A stretch of DNA of 64,000 bases from an uncultured Gemmatimonadales bacterium (GTDB lineage: Bacteria > Gemmatimonadota > Gemmatimonadetes > Gemmatimonadales > Gemmatimonadaceae): contig CAVPQB010000003.1 of NCBI GenBank assembly GCA_963707505.1, positions 544,001 through 608,000 on the forward strand. The letters are read 5' to 3'. This document shows, piece by piece, positions 57,971-64,000 of the stretch (the first letter of the stretch is position 1; each line of letters opens with the position of its first letter). A program made the translations under genes and the position numbers. Below the pieces are notes generated by a model that worked only from the letters and a program-made list of their open reading frames with translations, did no database searches and was not told the DNA's origin.

Positions 57971-59359
57971 GTGACTGATTCTACCGAGTCTTTCGATCTT
58001 GTGGTTATAGGCACGGGAGCCGGCGGGTCTGCGTCAGTCTCCACGTGCCGCGACGCCGGCTGGCGTGTGGCGGTTGTCGACGACCAGCCATACGGTGGCA
58101 CGTGTGAAAACCGAGGCTGTGATCCCAAGAAGGTTCTGGTTGGTGCGGCCGAGCTGGTTGACTGGCACCGACGCATGACCGGCTACGGCATCACCAGCGA
58201 TGCTCAGATTGATTGGCCTGCGCTCATGCGCTTCAAGCGCTCCCTTACCGATCCCGCGCCGGCCAAGCACGAGGCTGCCTTTGAGAAGGCAGGCGTCGTC
58301 ACGTTTCATGGTAGCGCACGGTTCACCGGTGAAGCCAGTATGGCTATAGCTGATGCAGAGGGGCACGTGCAAGAGATAGCGGCGGAGCACTTTGTAATCG
58401 CGAGCGGCGCTGTGCCCATGCCGCTAGGAATTCCGGGCGAGGAGTACGTGCGAACGAGCAGCGATTTCCTGGATATGGATGAACTGCCGAAGCGTATCGC
58501 CTTCATTGGCGCGGGCTACGTCTCCTTCGAGTTCGCGCACATCGCTCAACGTGCCGGATCACAGGTCATTATGCTGGGACGTGGCACACCGCTCGGGAAG
58601 TTCGATCAGGATCTCGTTGCACTCCTGGTGACGCATTCCGGGAGCGTAGGGATAGACATTCGCAGCGCCGCGACGGTTACGTCAATCGAGACAAGCGGTG
58701 ATGGCTTTCTGGTGCATTTTACGGCTGGTTCTGGCACCGATGCACGCACGCATAGCGTGAGTGCCGATCTGGTCGTGCATGGAGCTGGCCGAATCCCAAA
58801 GACAGAACAGCTGGAGCTAGCGCGTGCAAACGTGGCTACCGACGAGCGCGGTGCGATCATGGTGAATGAGTTTCTGCAGAGTACAACGAACCAACGCGTC
58901 TACGCAGCCGGCGACTGCACACTCCCTCCCGGCTCACTGCCGCTCACGCCCGTGGCCGCCCACGAGGGCATTGTCGTCGCATCCAACCTGCTGCACGGCA
59001 ACAGCAAGAAGCCCGACTATCGCGGCATACCAAGCGTCGTGTTCACCGTGCCGCCGCTCGCGGCCGTGGGCCTCACCGAGGCCGATGCGCGCGCGCACGG
59101 GTTCAACGTACGCGTCACGTGCGAAGACACGGCGAGCTGGTTCTCGAATCGGCGGGTGCGGGAGCCAGTCGCGATGTTCAAGACGGTGGTCGAGAAGGAG
59201 ACGGACCGCATCCTCGGAGCACATCTCCTGGGGCCAGACGCACCCGACGTCATCAACATATTCGCGCTCGCCGTGCGCCATGGCTTAACCGCAACGCACC
59301 TGAAGCACATGATTTACGCATACCCAACCAGCACATCCGATGTGAGCCACATGCTGTAG
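57971..59359 (+). CDS. pyridine nucleotide-disulfide oxidoreductase (glutathione-reductase-like)
   Basis: GTGAGG, GGTCENRGCDPKK, GAGYV, YAAGD and YAYPT motifs. Confidence 0.93.
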   Translation: MTDSTESFDLVVIGTGAGGSASVSTCRDAGWRVAVVDDQPYGGTCENRGCDPKKVLVGAAELVDWHRRMTGYGITSDAQIDWPALMRFKRSLTDPAPAKHEAAFEKAGVVTFHGSARFTGEASMAIADAEGHVQEIAAEHFVIASGAVPMPLGIPGEEYVRTSSDFLDMDELPKRIAFIGAGYVSFEFAHIAQRAGSQVIMLGRGTPLGKFDQDLVALLVTHSGSVGIDIRSAATVTSIETSGDGFLVHFTAGSGTDARTHSVSADLVVHGAGRIPKTEQLELARANVATDERGAIMVNEFLQSTTNQRVYAAGDCTLPPGSLPLTPVAAHEGIVVASNLLHGNSKKPDYRGIPSVVFTVPPLAAVGLTEADARAHGFNVRVTCEDTASWFSNRRVREPVAMFKTVVEKETDRILGAHLLGPDAPDVINIFALAVRHGLTATHLKHMIYAYPTSTSDVSHML

Positions 59360-59461
59360 GCCTTGATCTCAACGCCAGCGTATGCCATTCGGAAAGCACC
59401 GCGCAACGAATCTTATGGTGTTCTCGCCCGTGCCGCGCCGAGATGGACTTTGTGGCGCGGC

Positions 59462-62005
59462 TCACGCGTGCAAGGGCGACTCGAGCATGGCGTCGATCTC
59501 TGCGGAGACGTCTGCACTGGTCCAGTAGCGAGTGTGCGTGCCGGCCCCAAGGCATCGGTCGTACCGATCGAGGGGCGCATCGCGCTGAGCTCGCTCGACG
59601 AATTCCTGCCGCCGCCAAATGTCGGGCCAGGACATCGAACGCCAGAGGCTGCGACCGACGTAGTCACCGGTGGTGTAGAGGTTCACCCATTCCGCCACGT
59701 TCAGCTCCGCAGGGTCGGGATACGCGTGATACGCCGACGTAGTCACGCTGTCGTCGTTGTTGTAATCCACCCACTCGTATAGATGCGGAAAATTTGCGGC
59801 GTATAGCTGTCGCAGCGGCGAGCCCATCGTGAGCAGAGTCACCCTGACGCTACTGATGTCGGGATCCGTCGCGCCGACGATCTTCAGAAAACGAAGCATG
59901 TCGGTTGCTATCACTGTGCCCTGGCTATGCGATACGATCACGATCCTGTTGAACATCGGCTTACCGGCGGCGTCGCGCCGACCGAGTATGTGCCGAAGCA
60001 GCGACGCGAAGCGCGCGGCCATCTTCGCTCTCGGCGTGGCCCAGCTCGGCGACTCCCGCAGATAATTATCAACATCGAGGATGATGCCGAGCGCAGGTCG
60101 TGCGTGACTCGCGAGAGCGGAGACGCGAAGCCGGACCACGGCAAGCCCCGCGGCGGAAGTCACGAGAACGACCGCCAGCCAATTGACTATCACGCGCGTC
60201 GCCGTCGGGTCGAACCCACTCGTGCTCGCACCCATCGATAGCCAGTCGTGAATGCCCCCAACGAGTATGAATACGACAATTCCAACCACGAGGCAGTCCC
60301 CCGCCACCGCCGCCCATACAAAGCCCGAGCTCATCCAGCGGCCGAGCGCCAGGCTACGCTCGTCGCTCGGATCGCGCGACGATGGCGTCCACACGCTGGT
60401 GACGGCGATCAGCACGACGAGCCATGATATCAGTACCACCGTGACCGCGCCGATAACGAGGATCGGCTCGAACCCCGACGTCCCGCTGGTGGTTATCAGC
60501 GCGGTGAAAAACTTTGAGGCCGACGTCACTCCGACATCAGTAACTACCGCTGGCACGATCTGGGGAAGGCACGCTCGCGTGCCTTTGACGCAAGGTGGCA
60601 ACAAGCCCAACCTCGACTGCTGCGACTCCGCGACGTTCACCACCGACTGGTATCCAACCAGAGCAAACACGATGAACAGAAACGCGCTCAGAGCGAGTGT
60701 CACGCGCGCGGTTCGTGCGACTCGTCGCGCACGCATCGTGGAGTCCTTGAACGCGGCCTTGTATATGATGGGTATTGATAGGATCAAGGCGAACAACGCA
60801 GCGACCCAGACCAGTCCCCAGGATACGGTGAGCGCGAGGTATCCCGACTCGAAGCCAAGCAGCGCCGCATATCTGATCCGCTCAGCGAGCTCGCCGCCAG
60901 GAATCGCCGACCGGTTCGCGACGACGAGCAGCAGCGTAATCATGAGCACGGCGCACCCAGCGAACCGCGCATGCGATCGCACGCGGCCGTAGGATCGGAT
61001 GATCGCCCAGAACGCGACAGCGCTTGTCAACCCGAGCAGACATGAAACAAGGACGGTTCCGGCGGGCTCACGCGTGACGGCCCCATTGCGAAATAGCCAC
61101 CACACCACGCCGCATAGAACGATCAGGAATCCGACGAAAAGATTGGATCCCCACCGAAGCGCGGTGAAGCGATAGAGACCGTAGCCGACAGCACCGGCGA
61201 TGACGATGGCCGCAGCGATGATCCCGATCGTGAAGCGTGCACCGGCCGGTATTGCCGCGGGAACGAACAGCGGCAGGAAGACGAGCATCACCAGTGTAGA
61301 CAGGGGTACCACAAGCGTGAATGCGCGCACTGCGGTCGTGTGCGCGAACGAGTAGAGCTTCCATCGCCGAGCGACCACGCCGTCTTCTTTATAGAGCTCC
61401 TTCGCCACGTCGACGCCCTTGCGTCCGAGATGGCTGACGTGTAACAGAAGCTGGTAGATCGCACCGAAAACTCGCAGCACACCGCTTCCGAGCCGTGATA
61501 GATCGGCCCAGTGCATCTCGAACACATGGATCGTCTGGACGGATCCGGTGCTTCGGCCTCGCCGGGTCCCGCATATTTCAACGGTTGCGTAAGCATCTTG
61601 ATGACCCGCGCCATCGAACCCGGCTAGTTGCTCGCGCATGAATGCTACACCCGCCGTCTCCCCGTACCGCAATGTCGGAAGCTCAGTACGATCGGCGGTC
61701 GCGTTGGACGGATGCGTCTCGTCCGGTACGGAACCCCGTGCCGCTACGCGCCCCTCGGGCGATGGGCTATTCTCACTCGCGGCATCAGCGACTTGCGCCT
61801 GCGCCGCTACGGGACTCGGCGCAATGAGCGGATCGACGGCGACGTAGATCGCGCTTTCATCGAAGCCGCTGTATTCGCCCGCTGGTGCGAACTCGGTCAA
61901 TAGAGCGGCGATCGCCCGGGCGGTGCTGAACGGAGGTGGGCTACCCACGCCGTGCACACCAATGATCGCTACGTGCTCGGCAGCCGGTGTTACCGCGTCA
62001 GTCAC
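59462..62005 (-). CDS. polytopic membrane protein with a split alpha/beta-hydrolase (lipase-like) domain
   Basis: VHGVG and EMHWADL before about 10 TMs; SHSQG, TMGSPL, GDYVG and HTRYW after them. Confidence 0.75.
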   Translation of the reverse strand: MTDAVTPAAEHVAIIGVHGVGSPPPFSTARAIAALLTEFAPAGEYSGFDESAIYVAVDPLIAPSPVAAQAQVADAASENSPSPEGRVAARGSVPDETHPSNATADRTELPTLRYGETAGVAFMREQLAGFDGAGHQDAYATVEICGTRRGRSTGSVQTIHVFEMHWADLSRLGSGVLRVFGAIYQLLLHVSHLGRKGVDVAKELYKEDGVVARRWKLYSFAHTTAVRAFTLVVPLSTLVMLVFLPLFVPAAIPAGARFTIGIIAAAIVIAGAVGYGLYRFTALRWGSNLFVGFLIVLCGVVWWLFRNGAVTREPAGTVLVSCLLGLTSAVAFWAIIRSYGRVRSHARFAGCAVLMITLLLVVANRSAIPGGELAERIRYAALLGFESGYLALTVSWGLVWVAALFALILSIPIIYKAAFKDSTMRARRVARTARVTLALSAFLFIVFALVGYQSVVNVAESQQSRLGLLPPCVKGTRACLPQIVPAVVTDVGVTSASKFFTALITTSGTSGFEPILVIGAVTVVLISWLVVLIAVTSVWTPSSRDPSDERSLALGRWMSSGFVWAAVAGDCLVVGIVVFILVGGIHDWLSMGASTSGFDPTATRVIVNWLAVVLVTSAAGLAVVRLRVSALASHARPALGIILDVDNYLRESPSWATPRAKMAARFASLLRHILGRRDAAGKPMFNRIVIVSHSQGTVIATDMLRFLKIVGATDPDISSVRVTLLTMGSPLRQLYAANFPHLYEWVDYNNDDSVTTSAYHAYPDPAELNVAEWVNLYTTGDYVGRSLWRSMSWPDIWRRQEFVERAQRDAPLDRYDRCLGAGTHTRYWTSADVSAEIDAMLESPLHA

Positions 62006-62013
62006 GTGTGATC

Positions 62014-62157
62014 TCAGCGGCTGGTGAAAGCAAATGGCGCATCCGGGAGCGTCGCAAGACACACAGATGACGCGCCTGGATGACCATTCCCAATTTCCAC
62101 ATCACACACCACATGGTCTCCATCCCACACCATGCAGGTACCCAGCTTGGTAGGCAT
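62014..62157 (-). CDS. 47-aa hypothetical peptide
   Basis: GGGAG 6 nt before the ATG; stop lies 8 nt before the next gene start. Confidence 0.5.
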   Translation of the reverse strand: MPTKLGTCMVWDGDHVVCDVEIGNGHPGASSVCLATLPDAPFAFTSR

Positions 62158-62390
62158 CGTGATCTCCCACTTGGGGACTTGCGATAATAGGGCCGCCGTA
62201 AGGTGACGGCAAGTGTTGATGTGAGACGACCCTACCACGAACCGACTGTGCCAGGCTATCCAACGTTTTATCGCGGTAAACCGTTGGCGACTTTGAAATC
62301 AAGCGCCGTCAGTGGTTAAGCACTCCCAGTTCATAGGTGACCGCGCTCTGTGTCAATCTCGTCAGCTTTTCGCCGCCCGTCCCCACCCAC

Positions 62391-62422
62391 GCTTCGGGAG
62401 CAAGAGATCGCCGGTTCAATCC
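62391..62422 (+). repeat. degenerate tRNA-Pro fragment (att-like direct repeat)
   Basis: GCTTCGGGAGCAAGAGATCGCCGGTTCAATCC versus tRNA GCTTCGGGAGCAAGAGGTCGCCGGTTCAAATCC. Confidence 0.85.
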
Positions 62423-63546
62423 TATTGCTTTGGCTCCGTATCCTTCATGAACTGTACGAAATAATCCTTCCACACAGCCGCCATCGTGTGCGTTCCGTGA
62501 CCTCTTGTGGCATCGGATATTGGAATCAACACGAACTTCCCATGTGGAATGCGCTTCACCATCTGCTCCGCCAGACCCAGCTCGGGTGGATTGATGAAGT
62601 CGTCGGCTGAGTTGATCCACAACATTGGCGCGACGATCGTTTCAAGCTTGCTGCTCGGATCGTAGTTCCGCGACGCATCGAAATAGTAAATGAGATCGTT
62701 CGCGTCCGTCGTTGCGGGCATGCGTTTCATGTAGTTATCGACGTATGCTTCCGCCAGCGCGCGCGTGGAGTCACGCTTCTGCATCTGAAGCGGCGCGGAG
62801 CCCATCACCAACAGCATCGCCGCTGCGCCCCGCAGCCCCTCGACGGGCTCAGTCCTGTATTCGCCGCCCATCCATGCGGGATCGTTCTTCACGGACTGGA
62901 TCGCGATGTAGCGCGTAATGCGATTGCGTCCGGCAATCTCCACCGCGTTGCACGCAAGCGGTGTCAACGCATCCATGAACTGGGGGTAGGTCTCACCCCA
63001 GACGAACGCCTGCATGCAACCCATGGATGTTCCTATCACGAGCCGCAAGTGATCGACGTGCAAGCCCTCGGTGAGCATCGTGTGCTGCGACGCGACCATG
63101 TCGTCGTAGTCATAGTGCGGGAACCGCATGTGAAGGCCGTCCGATGGTTTGCTCGACTGACCATGGCCGATGTCGTCCGGAAAAATCAGGTAATACTTGT
63201 TGATGTCGAGCGCCTGGCCGGGCCCGAACAGCACATTCGAAAAGGACGGCGCGAGAAGATTGCGTGCATTCCCGCCCGTGCCGTGAAGCAGTAGCACCGC
63301 GTTGTCGACGTGACCCGCGGCATTCCTGTGCGGCGTCCCCAGCGTCAGATAGTGAAGCTTCAGTTCAGGAATGGTCTCGCCGGACCGAAAGTGGAAATCC
63401 TTGATTGCATACGTACCGTCAGTGGTCGGCCACACTGGTGCCGGGGGACGGCCGTTCTGAGCAATCACGACGCCCGGACAGATGGCAATCAGCGCAAGGA
63501 AGGCCATGATTCGTGCAGAACGGTGGGAACGGCGGTTCACTTGCAT
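62422..63546 (-). CDS. secreted alpha/beta hydrolase, homoserine O-acetyltransferase (MetX)-like
   Basis: Signal peptide, LHGTGG, GTSMG, DANDL, SADD and GHGTH motifs. Confidence 0.88.
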   Translation of the reverse strand: MQVNRRSHRSARIMAFLALIAICPGVVIAQNGRPPAPVWPTTDGTYAIKDFHFRSGETIPELKLHYLTLGTPHRNAAGHVDNAVLLLHGTGGNARNLLAPSFSNVLFGPGQALDINKYYLIFPDDIGHGQSSKPSDGLHMRFPHYDYDDMVASQHTMLTEGLHVDHLRLVIGTSMGCMQAFVWGETYPQFMDALTPLACNAVEIAGRNRITRYIAIQSVKNDPAWMGGEYRTEPVEGLRGAAAMLLVMGSAPLQMQKRDSTRALAEAYVDNYMKRMPATTDANDLIYYFDASRNYDPSSKLETIVAPMLWINSADDFINPPELGLAEQMVKRIPHGKFVLIPISDATRGHGTHTMAAVWKDYFVQFMKDTEPKQ

Positions 63547-63665
63547 GCTCCGGAAGGAATGTTCTCTGTTCGAACAGCGTACACTTGATTACGTCGGGAA
63601 AACCGGAACGTTGATCGAGCGGATTGCCAGGCACGCCGCTCTTTCGACCGTCCCGGCCTTGCAGT

Positions 63666-63677
63666 ATTGTATACAAT
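63666..63677. promoter_or_regulatory. palindromic operator ATTGTATACAAT (GntR-family-like)
   Basis: Perfect 12-bp AT-rich palindrome in the divergent intergenic region. Confidence 0.6.
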
Positions 63678-63763
63678 CCTGACCCCGTACCTCTCCAATG
63701 CCCCTTCATAAACTCGAGTCCAACGTCGGCGGAAAGCTCACCGCAAAGCGTGCCGCCAGGGCG

Positions 63764-64000
63764 ATGCAACACCCGCCACGCCCCGGTCGAAAAGAGCGCG
63801 TCACGCTCGGCGTCATCGTCGGCAATCGCGGCTTCTTTCCCGGCCATCTCGCCCGCACGGGACGCGAGGACATGCTCAAGGCGCTCGCCGAGGAAGGCAT
63901 CGACGCCATAGCGCTCGGTCCGGACGATTCGGTGCACGGCGCCGTCGAGAGTCGCGACGAGGCCAAGGCCTGCGCGGCGCTCTTCCGCGCCAACGCCGAC
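63764..64000 (+). CDS. L-fucose/L-arabinose isomerase family protein (5' part, runs off the window)
   Basis: Not in ORF track. Read manually as MQHPPRPGRKERVTLGVIVGNRGFFPGHLARTGREDMLKALAEEG...GAVESRDEAKACAALF. Alternative in-frame ATG at 63698. Confidence 0.8.
   Translation, partial: MQHPPRPGRKERVTLGVIVGNRGFFPGHLARTGREDMLKALAEEGIDAIALGPDDSVHGAVESRDEAKACAALFRANAD

Larger units (their letters stand above)
55933..62422. mobile_element. putative decayed genomic island integrated at tRNA-Pro
   Basis: 55933-55965 is repeated at 62391-62422 with 1 mismatch and 1 indel. No integrase inside. Confidence 0.65.

Noticed and set aside
57971..59359. Mercuric reductase MerA
   Set aside because: No C-terminal Cys-Cys pair, no N-terminal metal-binding domain and no mer genes.
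62391..62422. Second tRNA-Pro gene
   Set aside because: Lacks the acceptor stem and D arm; it is only a fragment.

Overview
This is a GC-rich bacterial chromosomal window. Gene content (SusC/SusD, a short region-1.1-less sigma70, a plug-only TonB protein, a DUF5117-type metalloprotease) suggests Gemmatimonadota, which is an inference. (1) 1-28.3 kb: a 24-gene cell-surface glycosylation locus. It has GT2/GT4 enzymes, four large GT-C-like membrane proteins, a UbiA-family polyprenyl-phosphate phosphoribosyltransferase, a YqeG/Gep4-like HAD phosphatase, two UDP-galactopyranose-mutase-like flavoproteins, nucleotide-sugar epimerases, Wzx and LPG-synthase-type flippases, a lipoprotein glycoside hydrolase and two tandem paralogous small membrane proteins. 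(2) 28.6-30.2 kb: a sigma70 gene divergent from a tRNA Ala-Gly-Val-Arg cluster. (3) 30.4-36.8 kb: accessory genes, including Fic with a repeat-rich AT-rich promoter, RsbQ plus a PAS histidine kinase, a methyltransferase and DUF481. (4) 36.9-55.6 kb: a peptide and histidine utilisation region with an M8-like protease, aminopeptidase P, SusCD, a Zn metalloprotease and hutGHUI behind mgtE. (5) tRNA-Pro followed by a 6.4 kb integrase-less island, closed by a degenerate copy of the tRNA at 62391-62422. (6) A secreted MetX-like hydrolase and the start of a sugar isomerase with a palindromic operator. At least eight frameshifts, most between 21.5 and 29.5 kb, look like assembly indels. All family assignments come from motif recognition by eye; no database searches were run.
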